In this document: piece by piece, positions 1 to 10,402 of the stretch
Layout of the letters: each line of letters starts with the position of its first letter
Numbering within the stretch: the stretch's first letter is position 1
Source of the DNA: Psychroserpens sp.
GTDB taxonomy: Bacteria > Bacteroidota > Bacteroidia > Flavobacteriales > Flavobacteriaceae
DNA length: 64,000 bases
Reading direction: 5' to 3'
Assembly (NCBI RefSeq): GCF_036960315.1
Contig: NZ_JBALVR010000005.1
Coordinates: 137,182 to 201,181 of the forward strand
The notes under the pieces: model-generated
Told to the model about the DNA's origin: nothing
Seen by the model: only the letters and a program-made list of their open reading frames with translations
The model's database searches: none
Translations under genes and position numbers: made by a program

Positions 1-1575
1 GTATTGTGCTGTTCTTGAATATCCAGCTTTTACCGATGATACATCATTTAATTGATACGATAGTCCTAATCTAGGCTCAAGATTATTAAAAGTTTTTATG
101 TCACTGCCTTTGCTATAGTCTGTTTCACCTATTGCTGTTCCTGCTTGGTAGATTCCTAATGTTTCGTTGTAAACTACAGGTTGATTATTTTGATAATCAA
201 CTAATGACTGTCCGCCTAGTCTCGTAAAATTGCTGTAACGGATTCCGTATTGTGCTGTCAGTTTATCTGTTAATTTATGCTCAGCATTAATATATATACC
301 ACTTTCAAAAGCTTTCTTCTTGTCTAATTGTAACGAATTTATAGGTGATGTATCAGACGTTGGTTCAATTGCACCAGGATCAAAATCATAATAAATGGCA
401 TTGGCTCCAAAATCTAACTTAAGTTTATCATTTGCATAATATTTTAAATCATATTTAGCATTATAGTTCTTAATAGAAGCGACCCAATCAAACTGAAAAG
501 CATCTAATTCTAGGTTGTAATCATATTTACTATAAATCAATGATGCGTTTGAAAATAGTTTTTCATTGAAGATGTGATTCCATCTTAAGTTTCCAGAAAG
601 ATTACCATAACCACTGCTAAATCCTCCTTCAAAATCAAAATTATCACGCCCAAAATAACCTGATAAATACAGTTTATTATTGTCGTTGATATTATAATTG
701 GTTTTTAAATTTAAATCGTAAAAATTAGCACTATTTTCTTCACCGGATGCTTTCAAAAAAAGATGCGCATAAGAACTTCTACCTGCAATTAAGAACGAGC
801 CCTTATCCTTAAACAATGGCCCTTCTGCTGCTAAACGGCTAGAAATAATGCCTATTCCTCCTGTTAGGTTAAAGTTTTTACTATTTCCATCTTTTTGACG
901 CACATCTAAAACTGAAGACACACGACCTCCAAAACGAGCTGGAATAGCGCCTTTATATAATTTTACATCTTTAATCGCATCGGCATTAAATACCGAGAAA
1001 AAGCCTAACAAGTGTGATGTGTTATAAATAATCGCTTCGTCCAACAACACTAAGTTTTGATCTACTGCACCACCTCGAACATTAAAGCCTCCAGAGGCTT
1101 CACCTGTGTTTGTTACACCTGGTAATATTTGAATAGCTTTCACAACATCTACTTCACCCAAAACAACTGGCATTTTTTTAATTGTAGATACTTTAATTTT
1201 AGAGACACTCATTTGTGGGTTTCTAAGACTTGCGCGTTCCGATTCTTCGGCTGTGATAACAACCTCGTTTAATTGCATCGATTCCTCTGTAATTTCAAAA
1301 TCTATCTTTATGTTATTCTCTAAAGTAATCTCTCTAGTGACATCGGCAAATCCAATATAAGATACTATAAGCGTGTAATTTCCTTTTGGCGCAGTAATAG
1401 AGTAAAACCCATACTCATTACTCATTGCTCCATTTGTTGTTCCTTTAAGAAACACTGACGCTCCAAAGGCTGTTTCGCCATTATTAGCTTCTTTGACAAT
1501 ACCATTTATTGTAAACGTTTCTTGTGCTGACAAGAGCGTTGTAAATAGCATAAATAGTAATACTCCGTTTTTCAT
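1..1575 (-). CDS. TonB-dependent outer-membrane receptor with N-terminal carboxypeptidase-regulatory-like domain (partial; 3' end runs off window start)
   Basis: Not in the ORF track; hand translation from ATG at 1575 gives MKNGVLLFMLFTTLLSAQETFTINGIVKEANNGETAFGASVFLKGTTNG...GEVDVVKAIQILPGV...GFNVRGGAVDQNLVLLDEAIIYNTSHLLGFFSVFNADAIKDVKLYKGAIPARFGGRVSSVLD (typical Bacteroidota TBDR plug). Confidence 0.85.
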   Translation of the reverse strand, partial: MKNGVLLFMLFTTLLSAQETFTINGIVKEANNGETAFGASVFLKGTTNGAMSNEYGFYSITAPKGNYTLIVSYIGFADVTREITLENNIKIDFEITEESMQLNEVVITAEESERASLRNPQMSVSKIKVSTIKKMPVVLGEVDVVKAIQILPGVTNTGEASGGFNVRGGAVDQNLVLLDEAIIYNTSHLLGFFSVFNADAIKDVKLYKGAIPARFGGRVSSVLDVRQKDGNSKNFNLTGGIGIISSRLAAEGPLFKDKGSFLIAGRSSYAHLFLKASGEENSANFYDLNLKTNYNINDNNKLYLSGYFGRDNFDFEGGFSSGYGNLSGNLRWNHIFNEKLFSNASLIYSKYDYNLELDAFQFDWVASIKNYNAKYDLKYYANDKLKLDFGANAIYYDFDPGAIEPTSDTSPINSLQLDKKKAFESGIYINAEHKLTDKLTAQYGIRYSNFTRLGGQSLVDYQNNQPVVYNETLGIYQAGTAIGETDYSKGSDIKTFNNLEPRLGLSYQLNDVSSVKAGYSRTAQY

Positions 1576-1702
1576 TGTTTTGATTGTTTTGATTGTTCGT
1601 TTTTTGATTGATACTTATTATTGGTTTGGTTTGATTTTAAGCTTGTTTTAGCCCCAGTAAACCAACCTAGACCTATTGAGGAGCCTATCGTGTAGTTCAT
1701 TC

Positions 1703-3214
1703 TTAGTTTGTTTTATATTCTTGATTAAACAGGTTTGGAATCTGAAAACCATCTGTTAGTTTTTCTAACTCCTTTGCTATTTGAAGCAGCTTGTAATCAT
1801 GCCATTTTTGACCATGAATTTGGACACCGACAGGTAGTCCCTTTTTTGTTAATCCAATTGGAATAACTACGATAGGATGCCCTGGAATTGTTGACGGAAA
1901 ATTAAACGGAATAAATGCTTTTGTATAAGGAACTTTTCTCCCGTTTACTTCAAAAGTAACTCCTGGTTTTTGATGTTTAAAAGCTGGCGCGATTGAAACT
2001 GGTGTTATCCAAACATCATACTTTTTAAAAAAATCTATAAATGTATCTGAGACCTCATCCTTGAGCTGTAAAGCTTCTGAATACCCGTGTTTAGAGATTT
2101 TTGCGCCTTGCCACATGCCCTTTGCCCATTGCTTATCTCGATATTTTGATTTTATAAATAGGTAGGAAAGCAATCCTTTAAAAGGCATCTTCTTCATAGC
2201 TGCGCCGAAATCATAACCTGCAATTTTACCCCAAAGATTAATAAGTGTATGTGAACTATAATTTGGTTTTGATTGAACTAGTTCATGTTTTGAATGATGT
2301 ATTTTATTTAAAAATCGTTGATATACTTCTGTGTAGTCTTCATCTAGATACAAACCATCTAGAGATTCAGAATAGGCTACTTTTAAATTTTCTCCTCTAT
2401 ATTGAAATTGTTCTAGAGGTACTGGAGGGTTTTCAGAACACTGCTGTTCACCATTCCAAAGGACTTCTAATGCTAAAATTAAATCGTCTACATTTCTAGC
2501 CATAGGACCATTACTCACCAAGTATCTCCCTAATTTAGGTAGGCCTGGTGTTACCATATTTCCTCTGTTTGATAGTGCCGATTCTGTGGTACGAATACCA
2601 CAAACACCACAAAAATGAGCTGGCACGCGAATGGATCCACCCGCATCAGTACCTAATTCTAAAGCCGTAAACCCTGAAGCTAATGCTGCTGCAGAACCTC
2701 CAGAACTGCCGCCTACAACATGATTAAGATTATAAGGGTTATTGGTTTGACCAAACCACGGATTTGTAGATTGCCAATCGAGCGCGTATAATGCCAAATT
2801 TGTTTTGCCAATAACGATGGCGCCTGCTTTTTTTAATCGCACAACCAATTCTGCATCAGTTTTAGCAATGTTTGATTTTAATTTAGGATTTCCGTTAGAA
2901 GAAATTAAACCCTCAACATTAAAGCTGTCTTTTACCGTTATTGGCAAACCGTGTAAAGGCCCCAAAATAATACCATCCTTTAACAACATATCTTTAACTC
3001 TAGCCTCAGAAATGATCTCGTCATAATCTTTGATATCAGATATGGCATTTATTGTTGTATTGAATGCTTTAATATGATTTAAGAATTCGATCGCAACAGC
3101 TTCACAAGAGATCTTTTTATCTCTTATAAGTTTTGTTATTTCTGTTGCGCTTTGAAATAGTATTGGTTTCATCGTATTGAATTTAAGATTGGCAAAGGTA
3201 TATTCTGATTCCAT
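1703..3214 (-). CDS. Amidase (amidase-signature family)
   Basis: 503 aa; GGSSGGSAAA motif, GTDAGGSIRVPA Ser-cisSer region, GLPITVKD catalytic Lys. Confidence 0.9.
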   Translation of the reverse strand: MESEYTFANLKFNTMKPILFQSATEITKLIRDKKISCEAVAIEFLNHIKAFNTTINAISDIKDYDEIISEARVKDMLLKDGIILGPLHGLPITVKDSFNVEGLISSNGNPKLKSNIAKTDAELVVRLKKAGAIVIGKTNLALYALDWQSTNPWFGQTNNPYNLNHVVGGSSGGSAAALASGFTALELGTDAGGSIRVPAHFCGVCGIRTTESALSNRGNMVTPGLPKLGRYLVSNGPMARNVDDLILALEVLWNGEQQCSENPPVPLEQFQYRGENLKVAYSESLDGLYLDEDYTEVYQRFLNKIHHSKHELVQSKPNYSSHTLINLWGKIAGYDFGAAMKKMPFKGLLSYLFIKSKYRDKQWAKGMWQGAKISKHGYSEALQLKDEVSDTFIDFFKKYDVWITPVSIAPAFKHQKPGVTFEVNGRKVPYTKAFIPFNFPSTIPGHPIVVIPIGLTKKGLPVGVQIHGQKWHDYKLLQIAKELEKLTDGFQIPNLFNQEYKTN

Positions 3215-3265
3215 TTTGAGTGTTCCATTTTATAAAACGGAACACTTTTTTTAGAAGTTGGTGAC

Positions 3266-3823
3266 CTACAAGTCTTTCTTAGCTTCGTATTTAAAATGTT
3301 GTCCGCCTAATGAAGCTTCGTACATTAAACCGCCTTTTGAAAGCGTATAAACTGCAACACCTTCTTGATAGGCCATATTAATAGATGCTCCTTTTTTTAA
3401 TGCTACAGCAGATGCTTGGCCGTCAAATTTTAATTTTCCATTGGTGAATCTTTTAAAGGATTCTTTGTTTTCGAAGAAGATAATTTCGCTGTACTGTTGT
3501 CCGCCAAATTGTAAGCCAAATGATGCTTGTTTTAATTTAGATACTCCTACAGCTTGATTATTTTCAAAAACAATGCCTTTTCCCATGGCTCCGCCAATTC
3601 CGATACCTGCTTTTGTTATTTTCGGAAAAACCACATAGCCATAAGATTCATTGTGAAATGATTCTAGTTTTGGTGTTTTTTCAAGCATTGTTTTTAACGC
3701 TTCGTTTGAATCACTAGTTAATTCTGGATTCCAACCTCCTACTTGTGCATTCATTGTCATTGAAATAATAAGCGCTAAGACAGTGGTTATTATTTTTCCT
3801 GTTTTTAATTGTCCTGTTTTCAT
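3266..3823 (-). CDS. Secreted SYLF/Ysc84 lipid-binding domain protein
   Basis: Signal peptide; YGYVVFPKITKAGIGIGGAMGKG and ASFGLQFGGQQYSEIIFF motifs. Confidence 0.75.
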   Translation of the reverse strand: MKTGQLKTGKIITTVLALIISMTMNAQVGGWNPELTSDSNEALKTMLEKTPKLESFHNESYGYVVFPKITKAGIGIGGAMGKGIVFENNQAVGVSKLKQASFGLQFGGQQYSEIIFFENKESFKRFTNGKLKFDGQASAVALKKGASINMAYQEGVAVYTLSKGGLMYEASLGGQHFKYEAKKDL

Positions 3824-4058
3824 TTTTGTGAATATTTAATATTAACGAATGAACTATTTCATGCGTCTAATTCTTCGACAAAGATGTGGCAGTTATGGCT
3901 CCTGAAAGGTCAAGTTTACAAGGCGGGCAAAAACAGGGGTACGTGCTTATAGGTAAGCACTAAAAAATTCAGTGTTTACAAAGGTTTCAAGGAAATTACA
4001 AACACTAATAAAAGAGGTGTGTATTTACAAGCAAAAACGAATAATTGAATAAAACAGA

Positions 4059-5183
4059 CTAAGAATTAAAAAACTCTGTAGGAGTTTTTCCTGTTTGCAA
4101 TTTAAAATGCTTATTAAAAGTAGATTTTGTACTAAATCCGCAATCATAAGCTAGAGAAATCATCGTGTATTTTTTGTTTTCTGGAAGCGATGCCATTTTG
4201 ATAAACTCATTTATTCGAAGGGCGTTGATGTAGTTATAAAAATTCTTTCCTTCCATCTCATTAATAACCTGCGATAAATGATTTGGGTGAACTTTTAAAT
4301 TTTTAGATAACTCCACTAAAGTAAGCTCCTCATTTTTATAAAAAGAATTGTCTGCCATCAACCCTTGTAATTTGGTGTAAATCTGTGAAGCCATATTTTC
4401 ATGTAATCCAGACTTTGCATATTTTCCGATTGAAGCGCTTTCCTTAGAGGTGTTTTTTGTATTTGATTTTTGATTTTCTGCGCTAATTTCTTTATCTGAA
4501 TTTCCGACTGCATCAATATTAGAATAAAATATATTAAGTTGATTGATTCCAAAAAAGCCCATGAAGAGTACCAAAATAACAACGGCAGAGTAAATTATAT
4601 TACTATCAAAAAAAATAGCTAAAATCCATATAATACCAAAACCAATTGACAGTAGTCGTAGCCATTGCAGTTCCTTTTTATCCGTATTCGAAAATCTATC
4701 TTTTATTATTTTTTGATATCTGTTTATTATCACTAAAGACCAAATTGAATAGGTTAAACCAGAAATGGTTATTACTGAAACTTCAATCACTGTATACCAT
4801 TCAAAACCTTCGCCGTCGTTTTGATAAACAAACACTTTTCCTTCACCAGTTAATTGATAAAAAGGGATGGCCAATAAAATTAAAATAATGGTGGGCAGAA
4901 AATGTAGAAATGCAATACTGTTCTTTTTAATGGTGTTTCCAGTAATTTCAATCACATAGAAATATAATAAAACCCCATGTAATACCGGTAAGCCTAACTC
5001 AACTCCCAACCAATGTGGATGTTCATAAAAATACTCTATAAACGCAAAATATCGCAATATCTGGTTAATAGAAATAAAAATAAGCCAAATAACAAGAATT
5101 TTATCTGCGCGCGATTTATTCTTTTTTAGTAGTAAAAGAAGTGAAAGAAAAATGGCTATGAAGATTCCAACAATAAAAAACAT
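4059..5183 (-). CDS. Membrane-anchored AraC-family transcriptional regulator
   Basis: Multiple N-terminal TM helices; C-terminal HLSQVINE...NFYNYINALRI...LAYDCGFSTKSTFNKHFK. ATG at 5183 preferred to the track's GTG at 5234. Confidence 0.88.
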   Translation of the reverse strand: MFFIVGIFIAIFLSLLLLLKKNKSRADKILVIWLIFISINQILRYFAFIEYFYEHPHWLGVELGLPVLHGVLLYFYVIEITGNTIKKNSIAFLHFLPTIILILLAIPFYQLTGEGKVFVYQNDGEGFEWYTVIEVSVITISGLTYSIWSLVIINRYQKIIKDRFSNTDKKELQWLRLLSIGFGIIWILAIFFDSNIIYSAVVILVLFMGFFGINQLNIFYSNIDAVGNSDKEISAENQKSNTKNTSKESASIGKYAKSGLHENMASQIYTKLQGLMADNSFYKNEELTLVELSKNLKVHPNHLSQVINEMEGKNFYNYINALRINEFIKMASLPENKKYTMISLAYDCGFSTKSTFNKHFKLQTGKTPTEFFNS

Positions 5184-5308
5184 GCAGTGCTTAGTTATAT
5201 GACTGCAAAATAACGGAATATTTTTTTGAGTCACTTAATTTATTGCGTTTAACATTGATTTTATAGGTGTTATAAATGAAAGCCATATGATTTATTTATA
5301 TTTACTAT

Positions 5309-6412
5309 ATGATATTACATTCAAAGTATAAGCGGCAAATAAGACAAATTCTAGTATTTGGTGTCATCTGGCTATTGTTTGGATTCATCTATATTTTATT
5401 AGAATTTGGACTTTTAGGAGAGCTCGAGCATTACCCAACAACCGGAAACAGATACAGTTTTAAAGAGTCCTTTTTTATTGTAAATATTGGAAGCCTGTTT
5501 ATGGGATTGTTTCAAGGGTGTATTGAAGTATTATGGATGAGAGCATACTTTAGTAAACTGGCGTTATGGAAAAAATTCGTGTATAAGAGTATCTTTTACC
5601 TTGTATTGATTATTCTATTTATTTCCGTTTTAACTATTATATTCAATGCCATTCTTTTAGACAGTCCTGTTTTTAGCCAGAAAATCTTTGAAAGTCTCTT
5701 GGAATTTATGTCTAAATTTTCATTTTGGGTTATTGTTATCTATACAGGTGTCATCCTTGATATTGCGTTATTCTATTCTGAAATTGAAGCGTACTTAGGT
5801 AGCAACGTTTTGATGAATTACCTCGGAAAATATCATACGCCCAACCAAGAAAAACGAATTTTCATGTTTTTAGACATGAAATCATCTACTACTATTGCTG
5901 AAGGTATTGGGCATGAGCGCTATTTCGAATTATTAAAAACATATTATGCAGATATGACGAATGCTATATTAGAAACCTCTGGAGAAGTTTATCAATATGT
6001 TGGTGATGAAATAGTAGTGACTTGGAAAGAAAAAAAGGGTATTGAAAAAAACAATTGTATTTATTGTTTTATTAAGATTTCAGAAACAATTCATAAAAAC
6101 AAGGAGCACTACATGAAGCAATTTGGCTTAGTTCCAGAGTTTAAAGCTGGTTACCATATTGGTGAGGTCACAGCTGGTGAAATAGGAATCATTAAAAAAG
6201 ATATTATTTATACTGGAGATGTTTTAAATACAACAGCTCGTATTCAATCAGAGTGTAATACCTACAATTCAAAAACGCTTATTTCCGAAGAACTATTCAA
6301 TAAATTAAAAGAAGCCGATGGCTATTCATTTAATAAAATTGACAAATTGCTCCTTCAAGGAAAAAAAGAGCATATACAATTGTACGATGTTATTTACAAT
6401 GGTCTTATTTAA
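5309..6412 (+). CDS. Membrane-bound class III adenylate/guanylate cyclase-domain protein
   Basis: 4 TM helices, then FMFLDMKSST, YVGDEIV, YTGDVLNTTARIQ and LQGKKE cyclase motifs. Confidence 0.87.
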   Translation: MILHSKYKRQIRQILVFGVIWLLFGFIYILLEFGLLGELEHYPTTGNRYSFKESFFIVNIGSLFMGLFQGCIEVLWMRAYFSKLALWKKFVYKSIFYLVLIILFISVLTIIFNAILLDSPVFSQKIFESLLEFMSKFSFWVIVIYTGVILDIALFYSEIEAYLGSNVLMNYLGKYHTPNQEKRIFMFLDMKSSTTIAEGIGHERYFELLKTYYADMTNAILETSGEVYQYVGDEIVVTWKEKKGIEKNNCIYCFIKISETIHKNKEHYMKQFGLVPEFKAGYHIGEVTAGEIGIIKKDIIYTGDVLNTTARIQSECNTYNSKTLISEELFNKLKEADGYSFNKIDKLLLQGKKEHIQLYDVIYNGLI

Positions 6413-6514
6413 AACGTAGTGCAGGTAATAGAAATTATTCTTTCAGACAAACGCAAGCCGAACTTTAAATTTTTGTTTATTAAATATTACTGAATATTAA
6501 TATATTGTTATGCC
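6413..6514 (-). repeat. Possible decayed attC-like site (minus strand)
   Basis: Minus strand starts GCATAAC (RYYYAAC-like) overlapping the stop codon of the cyclase remnant; the matching GTT box is degenerate (CTACGTTTT). Confidence 0.3.
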
Positions 6515-6588
6515 AATTGGACGCCATAAAGTGAAAGCTTTTCTGCCTTACCTTTAAGTTCTATGTCTCCCTTCTCTTTAAGAATCAA
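6508..6588 (-). pseudogene. 3' remnant of a second class III cyclase gene
   Basis: Hand translation LILKEKGDIELKGKAEKLSLYGVQLA* resembles the cyclase C-terminal GxxxLKGKxExxxLY motif (compare LLLQGKKEHIQLYDV in 5309..6412); no upstream part. Confidence 0.6.
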
Positions 6589-6589
6589 A

Positions 6590-7075
6590 TTATTCAAGGC
6601 TTTTCATGTACCCATCATATTCCAAACTCACCTTATCCGAATGGAAAGATATTTCACGAGGTTTAGTCCTTAGAGAAATCCCTGGAGCTGCATAATAATC
6701 GACTACTTCAGAAGAATAACTAGGCTTTCCATATTTTTTAGTCAGAATAGCTTTTAGTTCATCATGGTCACTTTCGGTGTTCATAATATGAATAATCTCC
6801 AGTTTATTATCACTAAACATTAACTCAACGAACCTTTTTTTTCCGTGGTACATAAAATCATAGCATTCTAACTGGGTTTGTTTCTTATTTGCTGTTGAAA
6901 GTATCAAACGAAGCTCACGCTCTTCCAATTTACCATAACGTCCTTCGAGATTCCTTCTAATGGTCTCCATACTATCTCCGAATTCACCAATATGATGCTC
7001 GAGTGAGTCATTGTCACTTTTTTGGGAAGCGCAGCCCATAGTAAGAACGAATAGTAGGAAACTAATTTTTCTCAT
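6590..7075 (-). CDS. Hypothetical lipoprotein
   Basis: 161 aa; MRKISFLLFVLTMGC lipobox. Confidence 0.7.
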   Translation of the reverse strand: MRKISFLLFVLTMGCASQKSDNDSLEHHIGEFGDSMETIRRNLEGRYGKLEERELRLILSTANKKQTQLECYDFMYHGKKRFVELMFSDNKLEIIHIMNTESDHDELKAILTKKYGKPSYSSEVVDYYAAPGISLRTKPREISFHSDKVSLEYDGYMKSLE

Positions 7076-7087
7076 GATTGAAAGTTT

Positions 7088-7798
7088 TTATCCTTTAGTA
7101 TCTAATTCTTCATCAATTGATTTAAGAATGTGTTCAATTTTATTTCTTGCTTGATTATAGGTTCTGTCTTTTTCTTCCATAATCTGTATAAGTGAGATTA
7201 CTAGGTTTTGAAATTCATAGGTAAAAACATCATCCGGTTTTTTAATCTCAAGTGTTGAGTATTTTAAAACAGAAGCTACGACTGGGCCTGTATAATTCAT
7301 CATGGCATCATAATGGATAGATTCCATTCTGTTAATATAAATATACATCTCTTCCAACTCTCTTATGCCATTAACAATCTTATCATTTTGAAGTAAATTT
7401 ATTTGTCCACTATTCACCATGGTTTCATAAATATTACCTTGCCTATCAAAGTCTGAATATTGAGTTAGATTTCGAACTAAAAGTCCGAGTGTATCCATTT
7501 TTCTTCGATCATTATTTTCAATAATTTCATTGATATATTTAAATTCAGCCAAATAACGATTGTTAAAATGAATTTGTTCTAATATTATATGGCTGTCGTC
7601 TGCTATTTGAGTTCTTGTGCTTTCATAATATTTGTTTTCAGCGTTCTTTTTAATTCTATTATCATCCCAATTACTTAACTGAAAGGCCAAACTAATACCT
7701 ATCACAACCAATAGGATTTCACCAACAGCATATAATAAATAGCGCTTTAAGTTTTTTTCTTTAATTAATGATTGCCGTACACCTCTAAATAATTTCAT
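7088..7798 (-). CDS. DUF6090-like membrane-anchored protein
   Basis: RQSLIKEKNLKRYLLYAVGEILLVVIGISLAFQLSNW N-terminus, characteristic of this Flavobacteriaceae family. Confidence 0.7.
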   Translation of the reverse strand: MKLFRGVRQSLIKEKNLKRYLLYAVGEILLVVIGISLAFQLSNWDDNRIKKNAENKYYESTRTQIADDSHIILEQIHFNNRYLAEFKYINEIIENNDRRKMDTLGLLVRNLTQYSDFDRQGNIYETMVNSGQINLLQNDKIVNGIRELEEMYIYINRMESIHYDAMMNYTGPVVASVLKYSTLEIKKPDDVFTYEFQNLVISLIQIMEEKDRTYNQARNKIEHILKSIDEELDTKG

Positions 7799-9029
7799 TT
7801 CGCTTTGGTTCTATGGAAGGAGTATCTACTACTATTGGTTGTAGTTGCCCTTCAATTGAATTTACAAAACTCCTTTGAGGTACCAAAGTTTTTCTTGGGG
7901 CTTTCTTTTTCATACCAAAAGAAAGTCTAAGAATATTGAATTTTCTAATAATAAACCAATACGTAATTAGTATTGAAAACAAAGAAAATACTGTTATTAA
8001 TAAAGCCTGTAATCCAAAAGAAATATCCCATTGTAACACAAAATAACCTACAAAAATAAGTGCTGGCTGATGTAACAGATAGAATGGGTAAATAGCTTCA
8101 TTCATTATTTTTCTATACTTATGGTCTTTATTAAAATATCGTTTGAAATACCCTATTGCAGTTAATCCACAAGACCATGCTAATGTTAAACTAGTACCTA
8201 AATATAAATAATGCCTTACATCACTGTTTTCCACCATATATATATTTACATAATACAATATCGTAAATAGGATTGTTTGATATAGGTATGATCGTCTATC
8301 TCTAGCAAGTGCATTAATCACTTTTGGACTCGTAAACAACATAAAGCCACTTACAAAGAAAATTACATAATACGTGAAATAGGCCCAATCATTATAAAGT
8401 GCATGTGTGCTTTTAGGGAAATATTCCCTTAAAATTAGTTGCGATATAATGATGATTGGTAATAACCAATTTAATCCCTTTCTTTTTGAAAATATTGCTA
8501 TTAATTTACCTCGTACCATATTGTAATGTCCGGTTTTAGTATAATTTAAAAAGGGTGTTATTAAAAGAGAAATGACAAATAAGTATGCAATAAACCACAA
8601 GTGATGCCATGAAAAATTCCCAACAGGATAAGGTCCTCCATCAAACATGTGAGGAATAAAATCTAAAAGCGAGTTGTAATTATCAATACGTTCCACATAA
8701 ACCATTAATGGAACCAATGTAAAAAAACCAACTAAAAGCGGAATGAATAATCTTGTAAACCGTTCTTTTAAATATTGCCAGCTTGTTCTGTGCCCAATAG
8801 CATAATACGTACCAACTCCAGAAACTAAAAACAGCAATGGCATGCGCCAAACATGAAGCCACCACATAATGGGCTCTAAAAACTCAAATGTCATTTTACT
8901 GTTAACATGCCAATTTTCTGGTCTAAAAATCATGCCTATATGGAAAAAGAATACGCTTATTATAAGTCCGATTCTTAACCAATCTATAAAATATTTACGT
9001 TCGTTTTTTATTTGTTCTTGAGAATTCAT
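7785..9029 (-). CDS. Acyltransferase family 3 (OpgC/MdoC-like) membrane protein, copy 2
   Basis: ERKYFIDWLR, WRMPLLFLVSG, ERFTRLFIP, HHLWFIAYL, YPFYLLHQ motifs; start moved to ATG 9029 by analogy with the paralog (MNSQ). Confidence 0.85.
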   Translation of the reverse strand: MNSQEQIKNERKYFIDWLRIGLIISVFFFHIGMIFRPENWHVNSKMTFEFLEPIMWWLHVWRMPLLFLVSGVGTYYAIGHRTSWQYLKERFTRLFIPLLVGFFTLVPLMVYVERIDNYNSLLDFIPHMFDGGPYPVGNFSWHHLWFIAYLFVISLLITPFLNYTKTGHYNMVRGKLIAIFSKRKGLNWLLPIIIISQLILREYFPKSTHALYNDWAYFTYYVIFFVSGFMLFTSPKVINALARDRRSYLYQTILFTILYYVNIYMVENSDVRHYLYLGTSLTLAWSCGLTAIGYFKRYFNKDHKYRKIMNEAIYPFYLLHQPALIFVGYFVLQWDISFGLQALLITVFSLFSILITYWFIIRKFNILRLSFGMKKKAPRKTLVPQRSFVNSIEGQLQPIVVDTPSIEPKRNEII

Positions 9030-9060
9030 ATCTATTCGTTTTTTGATGTATTGCCTATTA

Positions 9061-10281
9061 TTATTTATCAAATGCCATAGCATTACTAACTTGCTTGACC
9101 TGACTACCCTTCTTATTCGTCTTTTTTTTCATCCCAAACAGAAATCGTAAACTATTATTAGTTTGTATAAGCTTGTATAATAATATCGATGCAGGAATAG
9201 CTGTACATGCAATAATGATAAACTTTGTAAATGTGCCTAGTTCTAACCCTACGATATAGTACCCAAATACGATAATCAATGACTGATGAAGCACATATAT
9301 AGGGAGTATACTAATGTTTGCTGGTACAAGGATTGAATGCTTAAAGTTCATGTGTTTTGCAAAAAATCCTAAGAAGAATAAAATCCAACTATAAGCAATC
9401 AGCATAGAAACAACACTTAATTCAATGTGTTTTAAAGAATAGCTCGGGTTCATATATTCTTGAATATTTAGAGGATCTAGAAAAGCAGAGTATATAAAGT
9501 AAATTGAGCTGATAAGACCTACAACAAGAAAAAGATATGTTTTTTTCTTTATGATATTAATAAATTCAGGATCACTCATAAAAAGGAAACCATAAATAAA
9601 AGGTAACATATATATCAAAAAGTCTGCCCAATCTGTATATTCTGAATACATAGGTTTTAAGATAACACGTATAAGAATCATAGGTAACACCAAAATGAAT
9701 ACGCCATAATTGCTTTGCATAATACGCTTCAACCAAGAAAATTTCAATTGTCCTTTTTGGATCTTTTTAAACAATGGAATTACACACATCGTCATAACAA
9801 ATAAAAATGGTAGAAACCAAAGATGAGTCCCTAAATGGCCAAACCATAGCAACAAACTGCTCCCCATGTTGGCACCTAGTTGTTGAGAAGGGTACGCAAT
9901 TAGAAAATCCAAATAGTTTCCTGAAAAATCACGAAACATAACCCATTCATAAAATCGTTGTGGTGGAATTATTAATACTATTCCAAATATAAAAGGAACG
10001 ATTAATCGTTTAACTCTATCCATTACGAATGCTTTCTTACGAGATCTCAAAGCAAACCATGTTCCAGCGCCTGATACTAAAAATATAAGAAACATACGCC
10101 ATCCATGAGTAAACATAGTAAGTAAGTCAAAAATGAAATTTTGATCCTCGTTTTTTATGTGCCATGGAAATTGGTCAAAAGGTCTCCATGAATGAAAAAG
10201 AAAGAGCAAGCCAAAAGCTAAAACCCTAAGCCAATCTATATAATGTTTACGTTCGTTTGTTGATTTGATCTGTGAATTCAT
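9061..10281 (-). CDS. Acyltransferase family 3 (OpgC/MdoC-like) membrane protein, copy 1
   Basis: ERKHYIDWLR, WRMFLIFLVSG, DRVKRLIVP, HLWFLPFL, LPIYVLHQ motifs. Confidence 0.85.
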   Translation of the reverse strand: MNSQIKSTNERKHYIDWLRVLAFGLLFLFHSWRPFDQFPWHIKNEDQNFIFDLLTMFTHGWRMFLIFLVSGAGTWFALRSRKKAFVMDRVKRLIVPFIFGIVLIIPPQRFYEWVMFRDFSGNYLDFLIAYPSQQLGANMGSSLLLWFGHLGTHLWFLPFLFVMTMCVIPLFKKIQKGQLKFSWLKRIMQSNYGVFILVLPMILIRVILKPMYSEYTDWADFLIYMLPFIYGFLFMSDPEFINIIKKKTYLFLVVGLISSIYFIYSAFLDPLNIQEYMNPSYSLKHIELSVVSMLIAYSWILFFLGFFAKHMNFKHSILVPANISILPIYVLHQSLIIVFGYYIVGLELGTFTKFIIIACTAIPASILLYKLIQTNNSLRFLFGMKKKTNKKGSQVKQVSNAMAFDK

Positions 10282-10402
10282 AATAATTACTATTTAATTA
10301 TGAAACAAATCTAAGAACACCATGAAGGTTTGGACGAATCAGCCTATAAGCTCGATGTTCGAGTTTATAAGGAAGCACTAATTATGACTGATTATCAGTA
10401 GA

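Noticed and set aside
1575-1640. TTGATTGTTT-like short repeats upstream of the TBDR gene
   Set aside because: Low-complexity A/C-rich leader typical of Bacteroidota 5' UTRs.
5250-5262. AACATTGATTT resembling the end of the arm repeat (also AAAGGTTTC near 3980)
   Set aside because: Too short and AT-rich to distinguish from chance.
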